Shown here one piece after another: positions 13,616-24,035 of a stretch of DNA of 64,000 bases. Source of the stretch: Haplodiscus bocki (lineage: Eukaryota). Every line of letters starts with the position of its first letter. Position 1 is the stretch's first letter. The notes under the pieces are model-generated. The model was not told the origin of the DNA. It ran no database searches and worked only from the letters and a program-made list of their open reading frames with translations. Both the position numbers and the translations under genes were made by a program. The stretch is taken from NCBI GenBank assembly GCA_965655095.1, contig OZ296648.1, positions 131,688,001-131,752,000 on the forward strand, in the 5' to 3' direction.

Positions 13616-14596
13616 ATTCTGCAAAAATAATGAAAAGAATAATTGCCATAAATAAATTTAGGAAAAATTATGTCAAATATTTATGGGACAAGATGCGGAA
13701 TTATTTCTGACTTCATCCATAATTTTCATTACAGCCGTTCGATAACAAGAATATAATTGTCCTATGGAGTGTTTTGTGTGTAACGGATTGGGGGGGGGGG
13801 GGGATCGATGACTAACATTTGCTGTCTTTTTAAAAATTGCTATTAACCGCTAATACATCTTTGCGCTTAACGCTGAAAAACTCAATACTTTCACCTGTTT
13901 TATTACATTCACCCGCTTATTGAAATTACTTGAAGGCGATAAAGTAAAAGTTTGTTCAAAATTTATTGTTGCTGCTTTAGTAAATACTTTTTCTCATCTG
14001 TATGTATTGTTTTAATTTCCTTATCTGCATCTGATTCATATTTAACTGAAAGTCTGCAGCTGCAGATAATTGCATCAAGAAAATTGAGGAAAGACAAAAA
14101 CAGACAACAACCCACCCAAATGTAAGTTGTGCTCAATTTATAAATTTATCTGTTTTAACCAGAAGTAAAAACAATAATTAAAGCCATTTCTTTTCAAAAC
14201 TAAAAATAATTTTTCTTCTCTAATTTCATAGAGATTTCCCATTCACAACACCAAGAAATAGCAACTTTAAAATTCCCAACAATCACCCCGCGCATTTCGA
14301 GAGCTATTCAAAATTAAAACTACGAAAACAGGCGATTGTTAAATGTGACAGCTCCAAACTCAGGTGAAAGACATGTTCGGGAAGGCAAAGTCTAACTTGG
14401 AGTTTAATTTTGATCATTGTTGACAATCTTTTTCTCTTCGCTATGGTATGACAGCATTTGTCAGAATTATTTTTCGGAAATTCAAAATTATTTCTGCGCG
14501 TGCAACTATATTAATAAATTTGGGAACGTTAACTTTAAGGGCAATTATTTACTGTCACATGTTCCATAATATTAAATTATTTTTGCGGAATCCCCG
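13611..14596. mobile_element. Non-autonomous TIR DNA transposon (MITE, hAT-like), copy A, older and diverged
   Basis: Ends GGGATTCTGCAAAAATAAT (13613) and ATTATTTTTGCGGAATCCC (14594) are inverted repeats. 13613-13730 and 14450-14594 match the reverse complement of the two ends of copy B. No clear TSD. Confidence 0.75.
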
Positions 14597-14990
14597 GAGG
14601 GGAGGGAGTCGAAAAAGTGGGCTGGATTCGAAGAAGGGGTCAAAGGAAGAGGTAGAAAGTTATTTTTAATTTGTTATTTTGATTAAATTTATATATCGAT
14701 TCAAATAATTGTTTTTATCATCATTTTATTTTGATCATTATTTTGATTTAAATATTCTAAGTATTCTCAAGTTGAGAGTTTTTCTGAACTATTTTACATT
14801 TTCAATTTGATTATCTGTATTTGTGTTCAATTTTCGGAGTAATGATTTCGGAGTAATGAATAGCAAGCAATCCATTTAAGATTGGACAAACGAGAACTGC
14901 ATTGACGAAAAACAAGAATTCAAAATGATTTATCATTACTTTTTCTCTTTTCGATTTTTTCGAGCCGGAAATCCATTTTCTTTGATATTC

Positions 14991-15061
14991 ATTGGTTGGG
15001 TTCAAATTTTGGCGCGCGGAATTTTGGCTTTTTATTGGTTGACTTGAAATTTTTTCGCGCC
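14991..15061. promoter_or_regulatory. Candidate cell-cycle-type promoter module (2x CCAAT, 2x CHR-like, 2x E2F-like)
   Basis: ATTGG 14991 and 15034; TTCAAA 15001 and CTTGAA 15043; TTTTGGCGCGC 15007 and TTTTCGCGCC 15052. The triad occurs twice with ~43-bp period. No target gene identified. Confidence 0.35.
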
Positions 15062-15237
15062 AATTTTCGACGCAATGAATGTTCGGCGAGATGGGGATAC
15101 TGATACATAATTGTCATTATGGTATTGCAATTATTGCGAAAATAAATTATTTAACATCACTGTTTCAAAATCCACTGTTTGCGGCAACCCTTTTACTTTC
15201 TTCGGTTAACAAAAAATTAGGAATTAAACTAAAATGA

Positions 15238-15310
15238 CATCCCCGGCGGGATTCGAACCCGCGACCTCTGGATTAGAAGTCCAGCGCGCTATCCACTGCG
15301 CTACGGGGAC
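15238..15310 (-). tRNA. trnR-TCT: tRNA-Arg(TCT), intronless, 73 nt
   Basis: Minus strand reads GTCCCCGTAGCGCAGTGGATAGCGCGCTGGACTTCTAATCCAGAGGTCGCGGGTTCGAATCCCGCCGGGGATG: complete cloverleaf, anticodon loop CTTCTAA, A and B boxes, TTTT Pol III terminator 3 nt downstream. Confidence 0.96.
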
Positions 15311-15999
15311 TTTCAAAACCACGTTTCAATCTTTAACTTAATCAAATCACTAAGTTACATTACTATTTTATCAAACCATTCAGCGCGTGATTTACTGAAC
15401 CACACAAGTATTGAACTATCGGAATACATGCACACTAATAAGAACTGCTGAAAGAACTGAAATACAAAAACAAATCGAAAACGCCAAAATTATGGCACAT
15501 AATCCTTCACATCTCAACGAAACTCATGACCTCAAACTTAAGAAAATGTCCCCCACTAATTACCACGGAAAAGAGCTCATCTACAAGAAATTCATTAATT
15601 CGAAGCAGGGATTCCGCAAAAATAATTTAATATTATGGAACGTCCGACAATAGATAATTAACCCTAAAATCAACGTTCCCTAAATTATTGCAAAACAAGG
15701 CACTTGAAGAAATAATTCCGGAATTTTTGAAAATTATTTCAAACAAATGTTCTTAAACCCATCGGTCTTTCCTAAGAATGGAACAGCATGTCATCGATAA
15801 AGTAAATAGAATTTAGGTTTTACTCGACTGAAATGTCTTACCAAAGATTTTGGTACTTTCAGAATACCCTCCAAAGTACGATTAAGTTCTGTTTATTACA
15901 GCAGGTTGAGTTTGCATTTCTAAAAATTATGGTTGAAAGATGAAAAATAATTCCATATCTTGTTCCATAAAAATTTGCCATGAAATTTTTCCTCCAATA

Positions 16000-16794
16000 T
16001 GTAGCAGTTGAATTTTCTTGCCTAAATTTTACTTTCATAAACTGAACTAAATTTGTAGCTACTGAGTCAAGTACCCTCGAGTGCTGTAAGCCCCTTTATT
16101 AAACTCTCTTGTTTCACTAAATTAATGATTCAAGTACCTTCGAGCACTTCTTATCTATTCTCAAATGTCATGCAAAATTCCTTTCATACGCTCGCTCACC
16201 ATAATACTTAGCCTACAAGTGTGATATAAACCCTTTCGTAACCGTACACTCATTTATATGCAGTTATAATATTTTCCTAGCGTATTTTCCAAATTTAATA
16301 CTATTAGTCAAACCAAAACTGACCTGACCTCCGCCCTCGAAGAAGAACCCTCGACGATCGCGCAAAGAAATTCTGACAAAAATCCCAATCATACGAACCC
16401 AGAACACGAACAAGCAAACAGACGGTCCAACTACAACTCACCTTCAACAGAAGAGAAAGAAAAGTAGCTCAAGAGCCCCTCTTTGCGAAATTTCAACCCA
16501 AAAGACAAAGACACTTCCCTGAACAAGAACTCTCATTATAATGTAAGTTTATACAAAAACCCTCTGTAATTTAAAACCTTTAACTTTCTTTCTTTTCTTT
16601 TCTAATTTAAATTCTTTCTAAAAAGCCAAAAACAATTTTTGTATTCACTTGAGATATCCCGCTAGCAACCACCAAACCAAAAACACCTAAATAGTAATTT
16701 TAGAAATTACTGAAGTACCATTTCCAATAACAGTCGTCCTCCGCATCCAAAATCATTTTCTAGCGAACTGTTTTAAAAGCATACGACTGTTACA
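16000..16794 (+). repeat. 5' LTR (795 bp)
   Basis: Matches 27823-28627 except for one substitution and a 10-bp indel (compared by eye); TATAAA at 16225 and Inr-like TCATTT at 16250. Confidence 0.97.
16541..16548 (+). promoter_or_regulatory. Major splice donor AT|GTAAGT, supplying the AT of the env and ORF4 start codons
   Basis: Consensus GTAAGT at 16543; joining to AG|G at 23976/23977 or 26736/26737 creates an in-frame ATG in both cases. Confidence 0.8.
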
Positions 16795-16797
16795 AAA

Positions 16798-16815
16798 TGG
16801 TGACAGGAGTGGGAT
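16798..16815 (+). other. Primer binding site, tRNA-Leu
   Basis: TGGTGACAGGAGTGGGAT lies 3 nt after the LTR; 17/18 match to the complement of the metazoan tRNA-Leu(CAG) 3' end as recalled (TGGTGTCAGGAGTGGGAT). Confidence 0.85.
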
Positions 16816-17910
16816 ACCTCAAGTGAAAGGTCGTTTAAAAACGATCCGCGTGCGATTTTCGAAAATTGGAAAAGTGATTTAGTTTTTCCCCTTTCTTAGC
16901 TTTGGCCCAAGACCTTCGCCCACTGTTTTTCTTGTCACTGAATTTCAGTGCCCGCCAGCTAAGATCCTCTTCACCGGACTGTGTCCGAGCCTAGTTTTCC
17001 TAAGATCCTCTTCACCGGACTTTGTCCGAGCCTAGTTTCCCCAGCTTCGTGCTGTGTATTCCGCGTTATGCGAGTTCTGGCAAGACCCACTAAGATGGCC
17101 CTTAAGTTTTAAGGATCTCACGTGAGTACTAGCTAAAACTTCAATTTTTCTTGAAATTTTTCGTACATTTTTGCTTTTGTAGCCCCTTTTCCTTTAATGT
17201 CCGTTCAGTTTTGTGCACATACGTCACCCCATGCCCGAGTTTTTTCTGTGAGTCCACCTTCACCCCCACCAGCGTACCGACCCGTGCAAAACCGTTTCCC
17301 AATCATCAGTACAACCTGCCTTTTCAACATTTTTCTCGCACTGACTGTCATTACGCTACTCCTACTGATAGCCGCCATAACCAGATTAGCTTTCGAAGTT
17401 CACGAAACCAGAAAACAGTGTTCCCGTGCAGTAAACGCTAAATTTTCAACAAAACAAATTTTTGAGTAGAGTTTGCAATTCCGATGTATCTTTTTGGTTT
17501 TCCTGTGTCAACCACCACGAACACGTTACCTAAAGAAATTTTTATTCCCTGTTATTTCTGTCAAGTCCGTACACATCAAATCCCAATCGCTTTTCGGCCC
17601 GAGTCCTCTTTTACACCGCATCAATTGAGTATTCACTATCGACTTGAAGGAATTCATTACCAACACAGTGAGACGCACCCACTAATTCAATTTTTCCCTA
17701 ACACGAACCATCCCAACCACATTAAGTCCACAAGTAGTTTCTTCTTCCCAATCCTAACTCAAATCTGGAGAATTTATATTGAATTCTTGTCGCACTACTT
17801 TACTGACCCCCTTGCGATCGTGTACCCAGGTAGTGGTCCCTCTCAACTTGATGACCTCAGCCGCTAATAATTCGAAGTAGTTTGATTTTCTTTGAGTTTT
17901 TTTAATCACT

Positions 17911-19129
17911 ATGTCGACAACCGTCGCTACGGCAACGACCACCACCGCCACCATTACAAGTGCAGGAGGAACCACTTCTAGCACGCCTACCTCCTCCACT
18001 GCTACCACCAGTGCAACAAGTACCCCAGTTTCGTCGACCGCAACTAGCTCAACGCCTACTGCAACCCTAGGCACTGGTGCTGCCGCACCTGGCACGCCGT
18101 TCGCGACACCTTTTGGCCCCGGAGGTGCCCCTTCTGTAACTCCTTTGCCCTCATGCCTTATGCCAGAAAGTTTCACCGGATCTGGTGATTTTGAGGACTA
18201 CCTACAGCAATTTAATACTGCTGCCTTACTTTCTGGTTGGTTTTCACTAACCCAAGACAACAGGCGACATTATTTCGCCCTTCGGCTGCGAGGAAATGCC
18301 CTGCACTTCTACACAACGCTTTCTGCAGCCCAACAAACTGATTTCAATTTGTTAGTTGATGCCTTCCGGCAGAACTATACAACGAATGTCGACATACTGA
18401 AAGCAAGATTGAAAGCTGCCCGACAGCAACCCAATCAAGATATTTCTGCCTTTTTGTGTGACATTAGAACACTCGCGCGACGCGCCTATCGCGCTTTTCC
18501 TCACTTAGTAGAACAAATTGTCCTGACTAGTTTCATCGAAGGCCTGAGCGATGCAACGCTTCGATGGGAACTTAGAAAGTCCAAACCAGCTACAGCTGAT
18601 GATGCTCTAGCCCTGGCCATGGAATTGAATTCTTTCCTGGAAATTGAGAAAGGAGCCCCATCAACAAGCAAAATGGCCGAGACCAGCGTAAACGCGATCT
18701 CCCGTGAAACTCCTGAGCCACCCACCAAAGAGTGGATGGACGAGCTTGTTCGAACGCTAACGGACGGAATCAAGAACTCCATGCCTAAGCCGAGCCAAGA
18801 AGGATCCCGACAGCGTAATAGCACGCCAAATCGCCACCAACCTTCTCGGTCAAACAGTACCGACTCACAAGGAACCCGAACGGTCCGTTTTCAAAATATT
18901 TCGAACGAAAGAAGAAATAAGTGGCCGAGACAATAATTGGCGCGGACCCAACCGGCAAAATACGAAGTCTAACCGATCGAATGACAACAGAAACAGCTCC
19001 AAAGGACCTTGCAAACATTGTAAACGCGAAAATCATGCCTCAAACGAATGCAAAGCGTGTTTCAAGTGTGGAAAGATTGGACACTTCCGCAATGAGTGTC
19101 GAAGTAACACTCCCAACAATTTAAACTAA
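17911..19129 (+). CDS. gag: Gag (Thr-rich N-terminus, capsid, two CCHC zinc knuckles); frameshifted near 18900-18935 in this copy
   Basis: ORF 17911-18936 has a retrotransposon capsid-like region (PESFTGSGDFEDYLQQF...RQQPNQDISAF). The zinc knuckles CKHCKRENHASNEC and CFKCGKIGHFRNEC (from 19010) are in the +1 frame, which ends at TAA 19127-19129. Confidence 0.9.
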
Positions 19130-19171
19130 GAAAGTCTACGCCAGAGGGTCAACGCGCAGACAAAGACACTC
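19120..19171 (+). promoter_or_regulatory. -1 programmed ribosomal frameshift signal (U UUA AAC plus putative pseudoknot)
   Basis: T TTA AAC immediately precedes the gag stop, in the correct phase to enter the protease frame. After a 7-nt spacer: stem GTCTACGC/GCGCAGAC and loop-tail pairing GAGGGTC/GACACTC. Confidence 0.8.
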
Positions 19172-19935
19172 CCCCAGGCCCACAAATTGAAACATTGAAT
19201 TCTGTTGTTGATCACCGAAGTGAGTTCATTCAAATAACAATTTTTGATCGCATAATCGAAGCGATATGCGACAGTGGAGCAAGTGTGTCATGCCTTAGTA
19301 GTGAAATCTATGATTCCCTCAGATTGAAACATTCTTTGAAATTGCAACCTGCCCTGAGACAACTGAAAGCTGCAAATCAATTGCCCATTGAGACTCGAGG
19401 CGTTGTACGCCTCCCAATAAGTTTAGGCGGAAGAAAATTTGAACATAATTTTCATGTTTTGGCTAAGTCGGAGGCCGATTGCCTTATAGGACTCGATTTT
19501 TTGGAAGATCACCAATGTGATCCACTTTTTTCGCAGAAGAAATTGCGAGTGAATGATGACACTTTTGTCCCATTAAATCACAAAGTTTATACCATACAAA
19601 CTGATCAAGTCTTCCGAGTTGCTTCCACTGACAACGTTTGGATCCCAGCAGGTCATTCGATGATCATACCAGCCCATATCCCAGGATGGAAGCGCCCACC
19701 AATAGAGTTGGCCGCCGTATTCGAGCCGCATGAACGGTTCAAGGTAGACAAAGAGGTCAGTGCTGACCATGTCTTGTTTAATTTCTCCGAGGAAACAATC
19801 CCGGTGATGGTAACAAACACTGGGGATGAAGCGATCATGATACATAAAGACACCACATTGGGACAATCTGAACTAGTCGCAACGGATAAAATTCAAAACA
19901 TTAGTACATTGAAAAGCCGCAAAAGCCAAAACTAA
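19120..19935 (+). CDS. pro: Aspartic protease plus degenerate dUTPase-like segment (N-terminal part of pol)
   Basis: AICDSGASVSCL catalytic motif and CLIGLDFL; frame is open from the slippery site; separated from RT by an apparent 1-nt frameshift at ~19920-19935. Confidence 0.9.
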   Translation, partial: FKLRKSTPEGQRADKDTPPGPQIETLNSVVDHRSEFIQITIFDRIIEAICDSGASVSCLSSEIYDSLRLKHSLKLQPALRQLKAANQLPIETRGVVRLPISLGGRKFEHNFHVLAKSEADCLIGLDFLEDHQCDPLFSQKKLRVNDDTFVPLNHKVYTIQTDQVFRVASTDNVWIPAGHSMIIPAHIPGWKRPPIELAAVFEPHERFKVDKEVSADHVLFNFSEETIPVMVTNTGDEAIMIHKDTTLGQSELVATDKIQNISTLKSRKSQN

Positions 19936-19961
19936 AGGACAAAAAGGATGCCAAGTACGAT

Positions 19962-22900
19962 TTGAAACTTGTCAAAAACTCTATCGATACTGGTATTTCT
20001 CAGAAAGCAAAAGCAAAGTTCTATAAACTAATCAATGAGTTTTCTGATGTGATCTCAAAAAATGAATGGGATATTGGCCAATGCGATGTAGCCGCCCACA
20101 AGATTCAAGTAGAACCCGGATCGCGACCAATTAAACTCCCCAACAGAAGAATGCCCTTACATTACAAGGACGATCTACAGGAAAAGATCGATGCTTTCCT
20201 AGAAAAGAAGTTAATCACGCCTTGTCATAGCCCATATAGTGCACCGGCCATGCTCGTCCCGAAGAAAAACGGCAAACTGCGTTTAGTAATAGACTACCGG
20301 CAGTTGAATAAACAAACAATCAAGTCCTGTTGGCCCATTCCATCCATAGAAGAAATCTTTGACACCTTAGAAGGAAGTGAATTCTTTACCACGATTGATA
20401 TGTCGTGGGGTTTCTACCAGCTCCCAATGGCTGAAGAAAGTCAACACTTTACCGCTTTTAGCACGCCTTTCGGATCTTTCAAATGGCTCCGAATGCCTAT
20501 GGGACTGACCGGTAGCCCGAATACTTTTCAAAGCTTGATGGAACAGGTTCTAGTTGGCCTAACTTGGAAGACAACAGTCCCTTATTTCGATGATTGTATC
20601 ATCTTCTCTTCTATGGCTGAAGAACACATTGAAAGATTAAGAGAAGTTCTTGAACGGTTTCGCCTTGCGAATCTAAAAATAAACCCAACAAAATGTGAAT
20701 TTTTCCGGACTCGCGTCCCCTTTCTTGGCCATATCATCAGCAAGAATGGTCTAGAGGCGGACCCGGACAAAATTGCTGCCGTTAAAAAGTTTCCCATCCC
20801 TACAAATCCGACCGAAGTAAAATCTTTTCTTGGTTTATGTTCTTACTACCGTCGTTATGTGCAAAATTTTGCTGAAATAGCCCGACCACTCCACAAAGAA
20901 AGTGAAGCAACTACAAATTTAAAGTGGACACCCGAAGCCCAAGATGCTTTTGAAACTCTGAAATCTCGATTAACGACTACGCCCATTTTGGCTTTTCCTA
21001 TCATGAAAGAACCTTTCATCCTGTACACCGACGCTAGCCTAACGGCTATGGGCGCTGTCTTGTCGCAAGTACAAGATGGACAGGAGCGTGCCATCTGCTA
21101 CGCCTCAAAAGCTTTCTCGAAAGCCCAAACTAGATATTCTGCGACTAAAAGAGAATTGTTAGCCGTCGTTAACTTCACACGACACTTCAAACATTACTTG
21201 CTTGGTCATAAATTCACAATTATCACTGATCATCGCGCCCTACAATGGCTCCACAACTTCAAGGACCCAGATGCACTAACCGCCCGCTGGCTTGAAAAAC
21301 TTGCCGCTTTCAACTACGAGGTAGTGCATAGGCCCGGAAAATCGATTGGCCATGCCGATGGTCTATCCCGAACACCACTTAGAGCATTTAATGCAATTGC
21401 AACTGAAGACCCAGCTGCAGATGCGCCTGAAGAAGACCAAGAATGGCCCAACCGCACGAATGAAAGTCCACCTGACCCCAAACATTTCCAATATTCGGAG
21501 ATCCAAGGCGATGTACTGCAATCAACTGACTCCATTGCTCACTGTATTTCAGCTGACTTCAAGCTAGGAGCAGGAATCGCTCGAAGCATTAAGCGACGCT
21601 TTCCAACGCAGTACCCCGACAAAGAAGCCATCGCTAGCGAAGTCATTTGGCCGCAATGGATCCCCGAATCGCAAAGTTTCGTCTATCATTTAATAACAAA
21701 AGTGCGTTATTTCCATAAACCAACGTACAAGGCATTGAGATTATCTCTAGAGGCAATGAAAAACCACGCTGAAAGCAAAAAAGTTTTGCGTATTAGCATG
21801 CCCCAGATAGGTTGTGGCCTCGATAAACTTGATTGGAATAAAGTTCGAACATTGATTAAAGAAGTTTTCCGACCTACCAACATAGAGATCATCGTGTTTC
21901 TAAAGCCCTTAAAAGAACCGCCACGCGCAAGTCAAAACCCAGTTAACTCCTCTGATAATGCAGTTGCAGCAGAAACGCCTAATATTTCCGAAACGTTGAC
22001 TTCCCTCGCATCGGCACAGAGAGCCGACCCACAATTGAAGAATCTTTTTCAATGGGTCATACGTGGTACACCACCAAGTACCCACGAGTTACAAGGACTG
22101 CCGCGAGCAACATGGCAATTGGTCAACGAATTCCGCAGTCTGAAGATCATCAATGACGTTCTATGTAGAGAATTCATCCACAAAGAACGCCCATTGTACT
22201 ATCATCAACTGATCCCTGCGTCATTAGTACCCCAAGTCCTGAACTCAATCCACTCATCGACCACTGGAGGTCACCTAGGAATAATCAAAACTGTAGAAAA
22301 AGTACGTGAACGTTTCTACTGGCCTGGCTTCCAGGAGGATGTGAAATTATTCATCAATCGTTGTGAACAATGTCAGAAAAGAGCCAACCCACCCAAGACC
22401 CATCGACATTCTTTGGTCGAATGGACCCCAAGCTATCCGTTTCATCATATCGGCATTGATTTTATGAGTCCCTTACCATTGTCGAACGGTAACCAACACA
22501 TTCTTTTGATTGGCGATCAATTTTCGAAGTGGTACGAAGCGATTCCACTTCCCGACCAAACTGCTTCTACCACAGCTACGGCTCTTCTTGAAAATTGGAT
22601 CTGTAGATTTGGATGCCCCCACAGTATCCATAGCGATCAAGGTCGTAACTTCGAATCAGAACTTTTCAAAAGTCTGAATCAAGCCTTGCAAGTTGACAAG
22701 ACCCGAACAACAGCCTTCCGGCCCCAGTCGAACGCGGTTGTGGAACGGATGAACCGTACGTTGCAATCAATGCTTGCCAAATGCGTCAACGATGAACAAA
22801 GTAACTGGTCACAACAGTTATCGTATGTCATGATGGCATATCGTACCTCGGTTCACGAATCCACAGGGTACACTCCACACCTTCTTGTCTATGGACAGGA

Positions 22901-24035
22901 AGTCTGCCTTCCTATTGATTTCATGTATCCAAATCCGAGTGATCAACCCCCAGCCGACCTCCATGAATTTGTGTCAGCCCGACAAGTCAGATTTCAAAAG
23001 GCGTACGATTCGGCTCGTACAGCCCTGAATTTCAATCAGCGACGCAGAAACGCCCTTTACAATCGAAAGGTCCATGGACCCACCTATCAAGTCAATCAAA
23101 AGGTTCTACTACACAATCCCGTTGTCCCAGTTGGAAAGTCACCAAAGTTCTTTAGCCCATGGAAAGGTCCATATGTCATTTTACAATGCCTCAATGATGT
23201 GACCCACCGCATTCAAGAAATTGCAAATCAAAAAGAACTTGTTGTTCATTATGACCGACTGAAGTTATTCCATGAACCCCCACCGACCTCGAATGTACCA
23301 ACGCGTGATAAAAGAAATCCGAAAAACATATCTCAACCAAAACCTCAGCAACAAGAACCATCAATCCCCGAGTACGACCACGATCAATGCACCTGGCATT
23401 ATCCGTACCATACCGTCCCTTCAGCAACCACTTGTTCTCGTGGCGTTGCTTGCACAACCCCGCCTGCTACGCCTGCACCAGCAACTACTCCAGTTGGTTC
23501 CCCCAAACCTGTACTACCGAGTCCCTCTTCTTCCTATTCTGGAGCTACAGCACCCTATAGTCATGGCTCTCCCAGCACACCGAAGACAACCACTTCTCTC
23601 CGTTCAGGCACACCTACACCTGAACCTCAAACATCTGCAGAATCACCAGCTCACTCCCGAAGCCTTCCTAGCAGCCCTTCTACGCCGTCTTCTGTGAGAT
23701 CAAAACCATGGTTCCGCGAAGTCATTGACAATGCTTCTCGTACTCTTCAATTTGGTGATGCACCAACTCACGCCCAACCTCAACATAACCTCCGCAGTAG
23801 TACAAAAGAACAACGCAAAGCCCAACCATTATGGAAAGCAAAACTACCTCCTGACCTAAGTGATTTCACTTCCCCCGCCAGCTCGAAGAAGAAAAGAAAA
23901 GTTCGCCCACTTCATAACTTTCACTCCTTTCAGAACGCTAATTTCACACCTTTTACTCCTCATATCGTTCTTTTAGGCTTCCTTTCCTACTTTCACTCGT
24001 CCTTCTCAATGGCCCGCCTCTTTGTTACACTGTGA
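19962..24035 (+). CDS. pol: Pol: reverse transcriptase, RNase H, macrodomain, integrase (HHCC, DDE, GPY/F), Ser/Pro/Thr-rich tail
   Basis: RT LRLVIDYRQLN, MPMGL, YFDD (20583); RH LYTDAS, RELLAV, TDHRAL, HADGLSR; IN H..GHLG..CEQC, GIDF, HSDQGRNF, VERMN, WKGPY. Confidence 0.97.
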   Translation: MKLVKNSIDTGISQKAKAKFYKLINEFSDVISKNEWDIGQCDVAAHKIQVEPGSRPIKLPNRRMPLHYKDDLQEKIDAFLEKKLITPCHSPYSAPAMLVPKKNGKLRLVIDYRQLNKQTIKSCWPIPSIEEIFDTLEGSEFFTTIDMSWGFYQLPMAEESQHFTAFSTPFGSFKWLRMPMGLTGSPNTFQSLMEQVLVGLTWKTTVPYFDDCIIFSSMAEEHIERLREVLERFRLANLKINPTKCEFFRTRVPFLGHIISKNGLEADPDKIAAVKKFPIPTNPTEVKSFLGLCSYYRRYVQNFAEIARPLHKESEATTNLKWTPEAQDAFETLKSRLTTTPILAFPIMKEPFILYTDASLTAMGAVLSQVQDGQERAICYASKAFSKAQTRYSATKRELLAVVNFTRHFKHYLLGHKFTIITDHRALQWLHNFKDPDALTARWLEKLAAFNYEVVHRPGKSIGHADGLSRTPLRAFNAIATEDPAADAPEEDQEWPNRTNESPPDPKHFQYSEIQGDVLQSTDSIAHCISADFKLGAGIARSIKRRFPTQYPDKEAIASEVIWPQWIPESQSFVYHLITKVRYFHKPTYKALRLSLEAMKNHAESKKVLRISMPQIGCGLDKLDWNKVRTLIKEVFRPTNIEIIVFLKPLKEPPRASQNPVNSSDNAVAAETPNISETLTSLASAQRADPQLKNLFQWVIRGTPPSTHELQGLPRATWQLVNEFRSLKIINDVLCREFIHKERPLYYHQLIPASLVPQVLNSIHSSTTGGHLGIIKTVEKVRERFYWPGFQEDVKLFINRCEQCQKRANPPKTHRHSLVEWTPSYPFHHIGIDFMSPLPLSNGNQHILLIGDQFSKWYEAIPLPDQTASTTATALLENWICRFGCPHSIHSDQGRNFESELFKSLNQALQVDKTRTTAFRPQSNAVVERMNRTLQSMLAKCVNDEQSNWSQQLSYVMMAYRTSVHESTGYTPHLLVYGQEVCLPIDFMYPNPSDQPPADLHEFVSARQVRFQKAYDSARTALNFNQRRRNALYNRKVHGPTYQVNQKVLLHNPVVPVGKSPKFFSPWKGPYVILQCLNDVTHRIQEIANQKELVVHYDRLKLFHEPPPTSNVPTRDKRNPKNISQPKPQQQEPSIPEYDHDQCTWHYPYHTVPSATTCSRGVACTTPPATPAPATTPVGSPKPVLPSPSSSYSGATAPYSHGSPSTPKTTTSLRSGTPTPEPQTSAESPAHSRSLPSSPSTPSSVRSKPWFREVIDNASRTLQFGDAPTHAQPQHNLRSSTKEQRKAQPLWKAKLPPDLSDFTSPASSKKKRKVRPLHNFHSFQNANFTPFTPHIVLLGFLSYFHSSFSMARLFVTL
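21486..21905 (+). other. TARG1/OARD1 (Poa1p-like) macrodomain embedded in Pol
   Basis: GDVLQSTDSIAHCISADFKLGAGIA ... YHLITK ... HKPTYKALRLSLEAMK ... ISMPQIGCGLDKLDW closely follows the OARD1/TARG1 signature, including the catalytic Lys (LITK) and Asp (GCGLD). Confidence 0.92.

Noticed and set aside
13302-13710. His/Pro-rich and Trp/Gly-rich ORFs
   Set aside because: Translations of the G-rich low-complexity tract
14121-14231. Intron-like GTAAGT...TTTCATAG inside MITE A as a transposase or captured-gene remnant
   Set aside because: Flanking sequence gives no recognisable protein; cannot be supported without alignment
17151-17867. ORFs in the retroelement leader
   Set aside because: Short, overlapping and without recognisable motifs; treated as 5' UTR
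24009-24035. ATG GCC CGC (MARLFVTL) as the env start
   Set aside because: It is in the pol frame and stops at 24035; the spliced AT|G start gives an in-frame signal peptide with no frameshift needed
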